A DNA stretch of 64,000 bases from Treponemataceae bacterium (lineage in GTDB: Bacteria; Spirochaetota; Spirochaetia; Treponematales; Rectinemataceae). The translations under genes were made by a program, and so were the position numbers. Shown piece after piece: positions 19,752-30,511 of this stretch. Under the pieces are notes generated by a model. The model ran no database searches and was not told the DNA's origin. It saw only the letters and a program-made list of their open reading frames with translations. The stretch's first letter is position 1, and every line of letters begins with the position of its first letter. The DNA lies in assembly GCA_963677895.2 (NCBI GenBank), contig CAXXGJ010000006.1:224001-288000 (forward strand), in the 5' to 3' direction.

Positions 19752-22661
19752 GTGCCAGATGAGCTCAATCCATCCCAATGTCGTGCTGTTGAATCGACCG
19801 AAACTCCCCTCTTGGTTATCGCTGGGCCAGGTGCAGGAAAAACCAAGACTTTAGTTGAGCGAATAGTAGCCTTGGTCACAAAGAAGCAGGTGCCATCTGA
19901 GAGCATCTTTGTTGCGACGTTTACCGAGAAAGCAGCCAAAGAACTTGTAACTAGGGTTTCGAACAGGGCGATAGAGCTCGGTGTGGATATCAACCTCAGC
20001 GAAATGTATATTGGGACCCTTCATTCCATTTTCCTTAGAATTATCGAAGAATACCGGCCCTATACCTTGTTGATGAGGAACTATCGTGTTCTTGATGACT
20101 TCGAACAGCAATACCTTATCCACCGTTCCTTAGCAGCCTTTCAAGCAGTGAGCGATTATAACACCCTCATAAAGCCCATGCTAAACCGCTGGGAACAAGC
20201 AAAAGAGGTAGCGGGGCTCGTCAATAAAGCTGCGGAAGAAGATCTTGAACTTGACCGGCTTTCAGCATCTCCTTCTGCCGAACTGAAAGCGCTGGGGGCG
20301 ATCACCCAAGTATATCGTTCCAAGCTGCAGGAAGAAAACGCCTTAGATTTTTCGACAATCCAATCGACGATGCTCAAACTCATCACTGAACAGCCAAAGG
20401 TTCTTTGCGACCTTCAAACGAAGATTAGATACTTCATGATAGACGAATACCAGGATACGAATACGATCCAGGAAAAGATTCTCCTTATGCTAGCCGCTCC
20501 TGATAACCGCATCTGCGTTGTTGGTGACGACGACCAGAGCCTGTATCGGTTTCGCGGGGCGACCGTAAGGAATATCCTGGAATTCAGAAAGAATTTCGCC
20601 TCAGGAGAATGCGAGAAAGTTGAGCTTGTCACCAACTACCGATCACACCCCAAGATCATTGATTTCTACAACGAATGGATGGGATCTATTCCGTCGAAGG
20701 GTTCATGGACGGGAGAAACTGGAGAGAGTTTTCGCTATCCCAAATTGATACGACCGCGAGACACGACGTTCTCGGACTATGAATCTGTCGTAAAAGTTGC
20801 GGGGCTGGAGAGCCAAGAATCTTGGAATGAAGAGGTCCTTACGTTCTTGCGATCCTTGAGAGACAAGGGGATTCTTAAGGATAACAACCAAGTTGCATTT
20901 CTATTCCGATCAGTCAAGAACAGCAAGGCGATTGCGCTAGCGACTTTTCTTGAAGAAAATGGCGTCCCAGTCTTCTCTCCAAGATCCGCACTCTTTTTCC
21001 AGCGAGAAGAGATTCGACTGCTCATCGGAGCATATGTCTTTCTCTTTCCTCAGCTCATTGAAAAACACCTGAAATGGCAAGCTGACGCCGAACTTAAGGA
21101 ATGGGATTACTATCGAGAATGCCTTGAGCTCTTCACGAATGAATTGCGAGCGAATCCTGATCTGCATAAGGAGCTCAGGATTTGGTGTGCCAAGAAGGCG
21201 AAAGTCCATAGCTCCTTGAGCGAGAATACAAACTACTCTTTCGCCTCGCTCTTCTATGAACTCCTGGCCTTTCCCATGTTCTCACGTTATGTGGATACAG
21301 AACTGACCGGTGGGGTGTCGGACCTCCGTCCTGTCTATAATCTCTCGCTTTTCAGTCAACTCCTGGCCAAATTCGAGTTTCTTCACAATATAATCGTCCT
21401 TACACCCGAAAGCTTAACAAAAGATCTCCGCTCTCTTTTCAACCAATACCTCCGCTATCTCATTGATGGTGGTATCGCTGAGTATGAGGATTTCGATAGC
21501 TTCGCGCCTTCTGGATGTGTATCGTTCATGACCATTCATCAATCCAAAGGCTTGGAATTCCCGATCGTTTTAGTCGATTCGCTCAATAGTGTTCCAGTTA
21601 CTTCCATCGAAGCTATCGATACAGCGCTGGCGAATTTCTATCGGGAAGATGAGCCTTTTGAACCCCCGGAACGAATCAAATATTTCGACTTCTGGAGACT
21701 CTATTACACTGCGTTTTCCAGAGCACAGAATCTCCTTGTCCTTACTGGCGCTGAAAACCATTCAGGAAAGGGTATGTCTCGACTTCCATCACTCTACTTC
21801 GCACCACTTTATAACAAGCTTCCTGACTGGAGGGATGCGCGGCTCGACGAAAGTCATCTTCTCTTGGACACAGTAAAGCCAGCGAATATCAAACACGAAT
21901 ACTCATTTACATCTCATGTCTTGCTTTACGAGGATTGCCCTCTCCAATACAAGTTCTTCCGTGAACTGGAGTTCAGCCCTGTCCGGACAAACGCTATTCT
22001 ATTTGGTACTCTTGTGCATCAGACGATTGAAGATGCGCATAAGGCTGTTTTGGCTGGCAAGTCAGACATGATCACCGCAGACCAGATTCACTTTTGGCTC
22101 GAAGCGAACTACAAGAGCCTCTCCAAGTCGACAAGAACATACCTGGCGCAAGGGACTTTAGGAGCTGTTGAGGATCATGTTCTTCGCTACGTGGATCAGG
22201 CTAGCCGGGACTGGAGCGCAATCCAGGAAGCTGAACTCAGGGTTGCGCTGCTGAAAGAGAACTATATCCTTACGGGTTCAATAGACCTCATTCGCGGCAA
22301 AGAACAAAGCGTCGAGATCATCGACTTTAAAACTGAAAAGAAACCTGATATCAACAGCCCGGAAGGCCGTGAAAAACTCGACAGATATAGGCGTCAGCTT
22401 GAAATATACGCCCACATAGTTGAAGAACGATATGGTCATGAAGTGAGTCGGATGCATCTTTACTATACGGGGGCAAAAAACGAGAGTCCTTACATAAGCT
22501 ATGACTATGAACCGAGGAAGATCGACAGCACAATTACTGCCATTGGCGGTGTGGTAGGGAAGATTGAAGCGAAAAACTTCGATCATCACCATGTTGAAAA
22601 GTCAGAGCGACATTGCAGCAATTGTGACGTCAAACCCTTCTGCTGGAGGAATTTTATCTAA
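19752..22661 (+). CDS. UvrD/PcrA-like SF1 helicase fused to a C-terminal PD-(D/E)XK nuclease with 4-Cys (Fe-S-like) motif
   Basis: AGPGAGKT, IDEYQD, VGDDDQSLYRFRGA, MTIHQSKGLEF, YTAFSRA; C-term YEDCP..GSIDLI..IIDFKT..QLEIY..CSNC..FC. Confidence 0.9.
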   Translation: MPDELNPSQCRAVESTETPLLVIAGPGAGKTKTLVERIVALVTKKQVPSESIFVATFTEKAAKELVTRVSNRAIELGVDINLSEMYIGTLHSIFLRIIEEYRPYTLLMRNYRVLDDFEQQYLIHRSLAAFQAVSDYNTLIKPMLNRWEQAKEVAGLVNKAAEEDLELDRLSASPSAELKALGAITQVYRSKLQEENALDFSTIQSTMLKLITEQPKVLCDLQTKIRYFMIDEYQDTNTIQEKILLMLAAPDNRICVVGDDDQSLYRFRGATVRNILEFRKNFASGECEKVELVTNYRSHPKIIDFYNEWMGSIPSKGSWTGETGESFRYPKLIRPRDTTFSDYESVVKVAGLESQESWNEEVLTFLRSLRDKGILKDNNQVAFLFRSVKNSKAIALATFLEENGVPVFSPRSALFFQREEIRLLIGAYVFLFPQLIEKHLKWQADAELKEWDYYRECLELFTNELRANPDLHKELRIWCAKKAKVHSSLSENTNYSFASLFYELLAFPMFSRYVDTELTGGVSDLRPVYNLSLFSQLLAKFEFLHNIIVLTPESLTKDLRSLFNQYLRYLIDGGIAEYEDFDSFAPSGCVSFMTIHQSKGLEFPIVLVDSLNSVPVTSIEAIDTALANFYREDEPFEPPERIKYFDFWRLYYTAFSRAQNLLVLTGAENHSGKGMSRLPSLYFAPLYNKLPDWRDARLDESHLLLDTVKPANIKHEYSFTSHVLLYEDCPLQYKFFRELEFSPVRTNAILFGTLVHQTIEDAHKAVLAGKSDMITADQIHFWLEANYKSLSKSTRTYLAQGTLGAVEDHVLRYVDQASRDWSAIQEAELRVALLKENYILTGSIDLIRGKEQSVEIIDFKTEKKPDINSPEGREKLDRYRRQLEIYAHIVEERYGHEVSRMHLYYTGAKNESPYISYDYEPRKIDSTITAIGGVVGKIEAKNFDHHHVEKSERHCSNCDVKPFCWRNFI

Positions 22662-22723
22662 AATATATTGCTATTTTGTAAAAAATGTGCAAATATTGAG
22701 TATATTTCCTCTTGGAGGCTAAT

Positions 22724-24013
22724 ATGCTGCTAGAGTTTCGTGTTTCCAACTATCGATCTATCAGGGATGAGCAATGCCTCAGTCTCATGCCAGTTGCAGC
22801 TGATACAGCTCTCAAAGCAAGCAATGTTTATAAAACCAATAGTAGCTTAGTACCTGAAGTGTTGAATGGCTGTGCTGTTTATGGAGCCAATGCCAGCGGG
22901 AAATCCAACCTATTCCGAGCTATGGGATTCATGCAAGCGCTTGTTAAAGAGTCCGCGACGGCGGTGAAAGCCGGGCAAGCGCTCAATGTGCAGAGCTTCG
23001 CCTTTGACAAAACACATCCTTCTTCAGCTTCATCCTTTGAACTGACCGCTTTGATTGAGGGAGTACGCTATCAATATGGGTTCTCCCTGACAGCGAATCG
23101 AATACAAGACGAATGGCTATTGGTTTTTAAGTCCAGTAAGCCTCAGGAGTGGTTCTCCAGGAAATGGAACGAGAATACAAAGCAGCATGATTATGCTCCT
23201 TTCAGCGCCTATTTTTTGGGACAAAAGGATCTTTGGAAGCGTTCGACCAGAGAAAATGCCCTCTTCCTCTCCACTGCGGTACAGTTTAATAGTGAGCAGC
23301 TGAGACCTCTTTGGAATTGGATCGTCAATAGCTGGATCAATCTTCCTGCAATGGTACCTCTAAATATGAATATTACTCTTAACGCCATTGAACATGTGCA
23401 AGCTAAGAAGACCATTCTTGAGTTTCTGAACGCTGCTGATCTTGGGATTGCGGATATTTCAATTGTTAAGGCTCCTGGCAAGGAGGCGCTGTTTGCGATC
23501 GATGGGGCTACTGGAAATGCCTCGGTTTCTGAGAGCAAGGATACTGAAATACGAATGCCGCGATTCACCCATGTTGCCTCGCAGCAGACAGTAGCGCTGG
23601 ACTATCAAGATGAGTCTCAAGGAACTCAGCGCCTTTTTGAGTATGCTGGAATAATCCTCATGATCTTGCAGAATGGGATGACACTCGCAATTGACGAGAT
23701 TGAAAGTAGTATGCATCCCCTCCTGGTGCGGCATATTCTAAAGCTTTTCTTCTCTCCTGAGACGAATCCTCATGGTGCCCAGATCATATTCACGACACAC
23801 AGCACAACGCTCTTGGATAATGAGCTTCTCAGGCGGGACCAAATCTGGTTCACCGAGAAAGATGCAGACCTCGCTACCGCTTTGATTGCCTTCAGCGAGT
23901 TTAGTCCTCGCAAAAACGAGTCCTTTGAGAAGAACTATCTTGATGGACGATATGGCGCTATTCCTATACTCCGTACATTCCAGGCAAAGGAAGCGACGAA
24001 TGCACGAAAATAG
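22724..24013 (+). CDS. RloA / AAA_21 (AbiEii/AbiLi-like) ATPase
   Basis: EFRVSNYRSI, YGANASGKSN, ESQGTQRL, IDEIESSMHP, QIIFTTH, LRRDQIWF, YLDGRYGAIP. Confidence 0.88.
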   Translation: MLLEFRVSNYRSIRDEQCLSLMPVAADTALKASNVYKTNSSLVPEVLNGCAVYGANASGKSNLFRAMGFMQALVKESATAVKAGQALNVQSFAFDKTHPSSASSFELTALIEGVRYQYGFSLTANRIQDEWLLVFKSSKPQEWFSRKWNENTKQHDYAPFSAYFLGQKDLWKRSTRENALFLSTAVQFNSEQLRPLWNWIVNSWINLPAMVPLNMNITLNAIEHVQAKKTILEFLNAADLGIADISIVKAPGKEALFAIDGATGNASVSESKDTEIRMPRFTHVASQQTVALDYQDESQGTQRLFEYAGIILMILQNGMTLAIDEIESSMHPLLVRHILKLFFSPETNPHGAQIIFTTHSTTLLDNELLRRDQIWFTEKDADLATALIAFSEFSPRKNESFEKNYLDGRYGAIPILRTFQAKEATNARK

Positions 24014-24692
24014 CCCCAAAAAACGTCAAATCAGACGTCTAGAACGTAAAGCCGGAAAGAGGCCGCTATATCCTCGTATACTGATGGTCTGTGAAGGAAG
24101 TAAAACGGAAAAACTCTACTTCGATGATATTCGACAGCATTGGAGAATATCTTCGGCTGATTGGGAGGTGTTGCCTTCTGAACTTGGAACGGGACCTGAA
24201 AAGGTTGTAGAGTTTGCGGAGCAGAAGGCTCGTGAGGAGAAGAAATGGGACGAAGTCTATTGCATTTTTGATCGCGATGACCATGTTTATTACCAAACGG
24301 CAATACAAAAAGCGAAAAGCCTCGACGGCAAAATACGGCCCAATGATCCAATTGCAGCCAGTTCTCGATTTATGGCGATACCCTCCATACCTTGTTTTGA
24401 GTTGTGGTATCTCATTCACTTCGTATCGATCACCCAAGAGCTTCCCAGGGATAAAGTGTACACGCAACTAAAGATTAAAGTTCCTGAATATAGTAAAGGT
24501 GCTGCAGGCATGTTCGAAAGAACATTTTCGAGACTCTCCTTCGCGTGTACAAGTGCCGAAAATGAGAGGAAGCGAAAAGAACAGTCTGGTAATGATAACC
24601 CTTCAACTGACGTAGACATTCTTGTTAAGCGTCTACAGGAAATCGGGGCGATGAAAACAAAAGCGATGACAAAACAGCGGGGCGAAGAATGA
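24000..24692 (+). CDS. RloB family (TOPRIM-like) protein
   Basis: ILMVCEGSKTEKLYF, YCIFDRD, SIPCFELWYLIHF, NPST; coupled to RloA. Confidence 0.88.
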   Translation: MHENSPKKRQIRRLERKAGKRPLYPRILMVCEGSKTEKLYFDDIRQHWRISSADWEVLPSELGTGPEKVVEFAEQKAREEKKWDEVYCIFDRDDHVYYQTAIQKAKSLDGKIRPNDPIAASSRFMAIPSIPCFELWYLIHFVSITQELPRDKVYTQLKIKVPEYSKGAAGMFERTFSRLSFACTSAENERKRKEQSGNDNPSTDVDILVKRLQEIGAMKTKAMTKQRGEE

Positions 24693-26638
24693 ACGAAGAA
24701 TCGAGAGAGGCGCGGCTTCCTTACGGTACAACCGAGAGCACGCCACAATACACATTCGACTATGAACCGATACGCGGGTACCCAGAGCTTCGTTGGACAG
24801 GGAAACGACCGTTTCGCGGTACTACATATTTCCCCGCGCAATTGAAAGAAAACCATGGCGACTCCGTCGATGGTTGGCGAAACAAGCTCTATTGGGGCGA
24901 TAATCTCCAGGTGATGAGTCATCTCCTTCGGGAATATCGTGGGAAAGTAAAGCTTATCTACATCGATCCTCCATTTGATTCCAAAGCTGACTACAAGAAG
25001 AAGATTGAACTTCGGGGCGCTAACGCCACAAGCGATGCGAGCGCTTTTGAAGAAAAGCAGTACACAGATATTTGGACGAATGATGAGTATCTGCAATTCA
25101 TGTATGAACGACTAATCCTAATGAGGGAATTGCTTGCGGAAGATGGGAGCATATTTCTTCACTGTGATGATACAAAAAATGCTTACCTTAAGTTACTTCT
25201 TGTCGAAGTGTTTTCTGAATCGAATTTTCGAAATGAAATAGTTTGGAAAAGATCAACAGCAACTGGGTTGGCAATGAAACGATGTGGGACGCTTCATGAT
25301 ACTATTTATTGGTTTTCAAAGAGTAATAACTATCAGTTTACAATGCAGTATCATAAATATGAAGAAGAATACCTAAAGCGAATTAGGAAAGACGAATCCG
25401 GACGAGACTATATCCCTATTCCAACAGGGAATCCAGGTCCAAGACCAAATCTTTATTATGAGTATAAAGGCTATCTACCCCACCCTAATGGATATAAATG
25501 GACTAGGGGAAAAATGGAAGAATTGGATCGCCAGGGGAGGCTTATATTTCCTGAGTCAAAAGAGGGACGGATACAGTATAAACAGTATCTAGATGAAATG
25601 GAGGGTGTAAAGCTACAAGACCTATGGATAGATATTCCGCCTGTAAATCCTGTTGCTAAGGAAAGACTTGGTTATCCAACACAAAAACCTGAAGCATTGA
25701 TTGAGAGAATTGTAAAAATGACGACGAAGCCTGGGGACCTTGTTTTTGATTGCTTCATGGGGTCCGGAACGGCTCAAGCAGTTTCAATGAAGCTCGGCCG
25801 TCGCTTTCTTGGTGCAGATATTAATTTAGGTGCCATACAGACAACTACTAAACGGCTACTTGGAATAGCAGATGAGCTAAAAAGCGGGATACCAGAGCTT
25901 GCTCTTGGTGATCTTGTTGAACCTGCAAAGATAATCACAGGATTTGAAGTCTTTACTGTCAATCATTACGACTTCTTTCGCAACGAACTCGAAGCTAAGG
26001 AATTGCTTATAGAAGCTCTCGAGTTACAGAAACTCCCTGGCAACATGCTTTGGGATGGAGAGAAGGAAGGATGGATGGTGAAGATCCTCGCTGTTAATCG
26101 CTTGGCTACAGCCGCCGATCTGAATCCCATCCTCGGAAACTTGGATTATAAAGCTTGGGAACGACGTTCACGAGAACATCCTGATAAACCAGTGGAACGA
26201 ATCAGGTTTGTCTGCATGGGACACGATCCGGATTTAAAGGCACAATTCTTAGATGAAATGGCTAAGATTGGTTTTAAAGTTGAGCTCGAGGTTCTCGATA
26301 TTTTGCGTGATAGGAAAGAACTTCAATTCAAGCGGGAAGCCGAAGCTAAGATTGTCCTTACGAAGAAAAAGCTTGAGATTCAGAGCTTCTACCCAATGAA
26401 CCTTTTACAGAAGCTTTCGTTCGACCGGGCGAAAGTTGGAGAGTGGCGCGAACTTGTCGATTCCGTCTTGATCGACTGGAACTATGATGGAGCAGTCTTT
26501 AGCCCCTCACTCTCGGATATTCCAGATAAGAATACCTTAGTAAGGGGTGCCTATGATGTCCCCGACGACGCTGGGACAATTAGGGTTAAAATAACCGACC
26601 TGATTGCCGAATCGTGGGAAGAGAACGTAGGAGCGTAG
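24689..26638 (+). CDS. Type III restriction-modification methyltransferase (Mod)
   Basis: LYWGDNL, LIYIDPPF (motif IV), YPTQKPEAL, DCFMGSG (motif I) in beta-class order. Confidence 0.9.
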   Translation: MNEESREARLPYGTTESTPQYTFDYEPIRGYPELRWTGKRPFRGTTYFPAQLKENHGDSVDGWRNKLYWGDNLQVMSHLLREYRGKVKLIYIDPPFDSKADYKKKIELRGANATSDASAFEEKQYTDIWTNDEYLQFMYERLILMRELLAEDGSIFLHCDDTKNAYLKLLLVEVFSESNFRNEIVWKRSTATGLAMKRCGTLHDTIYWFSKSNNYQFTMQYHKYEEEYLKRIRKDESGRDYIPIPTGNPGPRPNLYYEYKGYLPHPNGYKWTRGKMEELDRQGRLIFPESKEGRIQYKQYLDEMEGVKLQDLWIDIPPVNPVAKERLGYPTQKPEALIERIVKMTTKPGDLVFDCFMGSGTAQAVSMKLGRRFLGADINLGAIQTTTKRLLGIADELKSGIPELALGDLVEPAKIITGFEVFTVNHYDFFRNELEAKELLIEALELQKLPGNMLWDGEKEGWMVKILAVNRLATAADLNPILGNLDYKAWERRSREHPDKPVERIRFVCMGHDPDLKAQFLDEMAKIGFKVELEVLDILRDRKELQFKREAEAKIVLTKKKLEIQSFYPMNLLQKLSFDRAKVGEWRELVDSVLIDWNYDGAVFSPSLSDIPDKNTLVRGAYDVPDDAGTIRVKITDLIAESWEENVGA

Positions 26639-26639
26639 A

Positions 26640-29240
26640 ATGGCAAAGAAAATTGCTCTACCAGCAATAGTTACCCTCCCTTTCTTTGAGTATCTATGGA
26701 GCTTCTATCGCGCCAATCGCGGACAGATTCGATTCTCTTATAAAGATCTCACAAAAAGGCTCTTGGATTTCAATGACCCCTCCAATGCCGGAGCTTTCCT
26801 CCGAAAGCCGCAGTTCGAAGCGTTTGAGATGTATGTATTCCTAAAGGAGTACCTTGATAACCCCAAACTTGCCGAATTGCTCGATGACTGGCGTAATAAC
26901 AAAGGCAAGTTTCAGCTGAAGAATACTCCTGCGGCAGATCAGCAAGATCTCTTCGGTACTTTAGATGCAAACGTCTATGATGAAGCATTCAAAAAACTTG
27001 AGGCTGTTCGCCAGGATTATGCAAACTACATCTTTGCCTTAACGATGGGGGTAGGGAAAACCATCCTCATGGCATTGTGCATCTTCTATGAATTTCTGCT
27101 CGCTCGAAAATTCCCTTCAGATACACGTTTTTGCCATAATGCAATTGTCTTCGCTCCGGATACAACCGTGCTTCAGTCTCTCAAGGAGATACAAGAGTTC
27201 GATAAAACTAAGGTGATTCCCGCTGAATACGCTCGCGGCCTCAATGCTGAGATAAAATTCTATTTCCTCGAAGAATCTGGTGTAACGCTCAATACACTTG
27301 ATCGATCAAGCTTTAACGTTGTTATTTCCAACACACAAAAAATCATACGCAAACGCCAAAACGCGCAGAAATCAGCGTGCGACAAGCTCTTTGCTCAAGG
27401 CGACTGGGACGATGTACTAGCAGTAGACACCAATGCAGATCTGTACGATATTGGCGATGAAGAAGGGCTTTCGACCAATCAGCGTTTCCAGAAGCTTTCG
27501 CGGCTTCATCAGCTTGGTATCTATGTCGACGAAGCTCATCATGCATTTGGAAAGACTCTCAAGAAAGACATGGCAGATCATGAGTCTAAAACCAGTCTGC
27601 GCTTGACGATTGATAGCCTTGCCCGCGAACTCTTGCAAGCAGGCACTCGTGTCGTTGCCTGCTATAACTTCACCGGTACTCCTTACGTTGAGAATGAATT
27701 GATGCCGGAAGTGGTTTATGCCTTCTCATTGAAAGATGCGATTTCAGGCAGGTATCTCAAGACTGCTAAAGTCACACAGGTTCAAAATGCGCTCTCGCTA
27801 GAGTTTATTCGGAATGCTATAAAAAGCTTTGTGGCGGAACATGGCGATGCGCGATATGAAGGCATGCTCCCCAAGATGGCTATCTTCGCCGCGACCATCA
27901 ACGAACTTGAGCAAGAGCTTAAGCCTCAGGTCGAAAAAGTATTAATAGAATTGGGGCTACCCACATCAAGCATTCTCGTCAACGTTGGTGATGAAAAGCT
28001 CACAAGCCAAGACGATATCCGGGATTTTCGTTCACTCGACACTCGTGATTCCATTAAACAGTTCATTCTTTTGGTTGGGAAGGGGAAAGAAGGATGGAAC
28101 TGCCGATCCCTTTTTTCTGTAGCTCTCTTCAGACAACCGAAATCGAAGATCTTTGTCTTGCAGGCGACCATGCGCTGTCTTCGGTCGATAACTAGCGTTC
28201 AACAAGAAGGCCATGTTTTTCTCTCGAACGAGAACTACGAGATCCTAAAAGCTGAACTTGAAGCCAACTTCAGGCTCTCCGTCGATGAATTCCAGAGCAA
28301 ACCCGATGATGGGAAGAAGACAGTGATTCTCAAAGTTCACAAACCTCCGGTCTTTATCGATGTTGTAGAGTCTAAGACCCTCTATAACGTAGCAGAAAAG
28401 CATCCGCAGCCTGGGTATTCGCTAGGCCTTGATGAACTCGATACAACACAATATCGAATCACTTCGACCACTACGGATATCCGTAGCATCGAATCGGTTG
28501 AGGGAGGAACGCGCGATCTCTCGTCCTTACGCGACGATATTGAGTTTTCTGAGATAATGTTGGTTGCCGAAGTTTCCCGATATCTGAATAAGAGTCCTAT
28601 AGAAGTAGAAGAGCTCCTTTGCCAATCTGCCGAAAGAATGGAAGGCATCCTTGTTTGGGTGAATCGAGCAAACAGAATTCTCTATGACATTGTTATTCCA
28701 CGCCTTTTTAAGCACCTCTATGAAATAGAAGAGTATCAAGGCCCCAAGCATAAAGTACGAAAGTTGCTCGTAAAAGATCCGCCAAATGGTGAAGAGGGAT
28801 ATACGATGCGAGTAGATCCCGCTCTCTTCATAGAAGAATCAACGCTAGAGTATTCTACATACAAAGATAAAAGCTTCCATCTCTCTGGGTATGGCTTTGA
28901 TTCAACTCCCGAACTAGAGTTCTTCCGCCAAAACTTGCCGAACCTTCATATAAAGAAACTTTGGTTCACGGGGATGCTCACCGCAGGCCAGACAGAATTC
29001 AACGTCCATTATATCGACCCGAACTCAAACGCGCTTAGAACGTACTATCCGGACTTTCTGCTCGAGTTGGATGATGGAACGTATCTCATCGTTGAAATTA
29101 AAGGCGATCATATGATTGATGACCCGGTGACACAGGCCAAGAAAAGCTACGCGGAGCGTATGGCTGAGGCTAGTCGAATGCGATATAGACTGATTCCTGG
29201 TAGTCAGGCGGGGCATAAGATGGATATTTTTCTTGGATAA
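26640..29240 (+). CDS. Type III restriction endonuclease (Res), SF2 helicase plus C-terminal nuclease
   Basis: LTMGVGKT, VDEAHH, FTGTP, KEGWN; YYPDF...VEIKG nuclease motif. Confidence 0.88.
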   Translation: MAKKIALPAIVTLPFFEYLWSFYRANRGQIRFSYKDLTKRLLDFNDPSNAGAFLRKPQFEAFEMYVFLKEYLDNPKLAELLDDWRNNKGKFQLKNTPAADQQDLFGTLDANVYDEAFKKLEAVRQDYANYIFALTMGVGKTILMALCIFYEFLLARKFPSDTRFCHNAIVFAPDTTVLQSLKEIQEFDKTKVIPAEYARGLNAEIKFYFLEESGVTLNTLDRSSFNVVISNTQKIIRKRQNAQKSACDKLFAQGDWDDVLAVDTNADLYDIGDEEGLSTNQRFQKLSRLHQLGIYVDEAHHAFGKTLKKDMADHESKTSLRLTIDSLARELLQAGTRVVACYNFTGTPYVENELMPEVVYAFSLKDAISGRYLKTAKVTQVQNALSLEFIRNAIKSFVAEHGDARYEGMLPKMAIFAATINELEQELKPQVEKVLIELGLPTSSILVNVGDEKLTSQDDIRDFRSLDTRDSIKQFILLVGKGKEGWNCRSLFSVALFRQPKSKIFVLQATMRCLRSITSVQQEGHVFLSNENYEILKAELEANFRLSVDEFQSKPDDGKKTVILKVHKPPVFIDVVESKTLYNVAEKHPQPGYSLGLDELDTTQYRITSTTTDIRSIESVEGGTRDLSSLRDDIEFSEIMLVAEVSRYLNKSPIEVEELLCQSAERMEGILVWVNRANRILYDIVIPRLFKHLYEIEEYQGPKHKVRKLLVKDPPNGEEGYTMRVDPALFIEESTLEYSTYKDKSFHLSGYGFDSTPELEFFRQNLPNLHIKKLWFTGMLTAGQTEFNVHYIDPNSNALRTYYPDFLLELDDGTYLIVEIKGDHMIDDPVTQAKKSYAERMAEASRMRYRLIPGSQAGHKMDIFLG

Positions 29241-29293
29241 GCGAATAAACTCGATTTTGTAAAAATGATTAAAAGCCAATGCTAGGAGGGAAT

Positions 29294-30511
29294 ATGAAGA
29301 GCGAAAACTCACAACGTATACTCGGTTATCTTCAACAATGCTTATCAAGTGATAAAAGACCTCTTAGCTTGTTTTTAGGCGCAGGGTGCCCGTTAGCAGT
29401 TAAAACAGGGCAAGACAAATCGGTTCCACTAATACCAGATATATCAGGAATAACACAGATAGTACGTAATGAATTATCAGAATGTTCAGAGTGTGGCCCT
29501 CTCTTGAAGGTAATAGAAGAGCACTTTATGACAGATGGGGTGGAAACAACATCTATTGAAGATATGCTTACACACATTCGTTCACTTAGGGCGGTCGCAG
29601 GTAATGCTGAAGTCCGTGGCCTTTCTGCAACAAATCTTGACAAATTGGATAACCGTATATGTCAAATAATATATAGAATTGTTGATAAAGAACTTCCAGG
29701 CATCGATACACCATACCATTATGTTGCTTCATGGGTTGATTCAGTAAGAAGAGAAAACCCAATCGAGGTGTTCACGACAAATTATGATTTACTAATGGAA
29801 CAAGCCTTTGAAGACAATAAGGTACCTTATTATGATGGATTTACCGGTGTACGCAAACCTTTTTTTGATCTTCGCGCAATGGAAGAAGACATGTTGCCAC
29901 CGCGATGGGCTCGACTGTGGAAAATACATGGGTCGATAAATTGGTATCAGGTAGATAATAAAGGAGTGTTTCGAGGAACTGCGGAAGAGAAACAGGGCTC
30001 TAAGCGTGTTATCCACCCATCGCACTTAAAATATCAAGAAAGCAGAAGATTGCCCTATTTAGCTATGATGGATCGCTTAAGAGCATTTTTTAAACATCCA
30101 ACTGCAACTTTACTTACATGTGGTTACTCATATCGGGATGAACACATTAATGAAATCATTATTCAGGGGCTTGAATACACGCAAACCGCTGTTGTCTTTG
30201 CTCTGCTATATGGAGACCTTGAGGTATATTCAAATGCGATTACTCTTGCTTTACGGAATTCAAATCTAAATTTATTGGCTAGTAATGGAGCGGTTATCGG
30301 AGGACAAAAAGTGGTCTGGCAAGAGCGAGAAGCTGAACAAGAAACGGAAGAATCAGTTGATTGGCTAGCCTGGAAAGCGGTTCCGTCTAGTCCTCAACCT
30401 GACAAGCAAAAGGCTGAGCTTTTACTTGGTGATTTTGCTATCTTTGGAAAATTTTTACATGAGCTTACTGGCACTCAAAAGCGCTTTATGGAGCAAGGGA
30501 ATGTCAACTAA
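29294..30511 (+). CDS. SIR2-like (SIR2_2) NADase of a Sir2-HerA defence system
   Basis: FLGAGC, FTTNYDLLME, KIHGSINW, CGYSYRDEHIN; RBS AGGAGG. Confidence 0.9.
   Translation: MKSENSQRILGYLQQCLSSDKRPLSLFLGAGCPLAVKTGQDKSVPLIPDISGITQIVRNELSECSECGPLLKVIEEHFMTDGVETTSIEDMLTHIRSLRAVAGNAEVRGLSATNLDKLDNRICQIIYRIVDKELPGIDTPYHYVASWVDSVRRENPIEVFTTNYDLLMEQAFEDNKVPYYDGFTGVRKPFFDLRAMEEDMLPPRWARLWKIHGSINWYQVDNKGVFRGTAEEKQGSKRVIHPSHLKYQESRRLPYLAMMDRLRAFFKHPTATLLTCGYSYRDEHINEIIIQGLEYTQTAVVFALLYGDLEVYSNAITLALRNSNLNLLASNGAVIGGQKVVWQEREAEQETEESVDWLAWKAVPSSPQPDKQKAELLLGDFAIFGKFLHELTGTQKRFMEQGNVN

Noticed and set aside
24689..26638. Phase-variable mod gene
   Set aside because: No simple-sequence repeat tract seen in or upstream of the ORF
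22673..29267. Similar ATTTTGTAAAAA(A)TG strings upstream of rloA (22673) and sir2 (29254) as cassette recombination sites
   Set aside because: Low-complexity AT-rich match, not found at the other cassette borders in convincing form; may be promoter elements or chance
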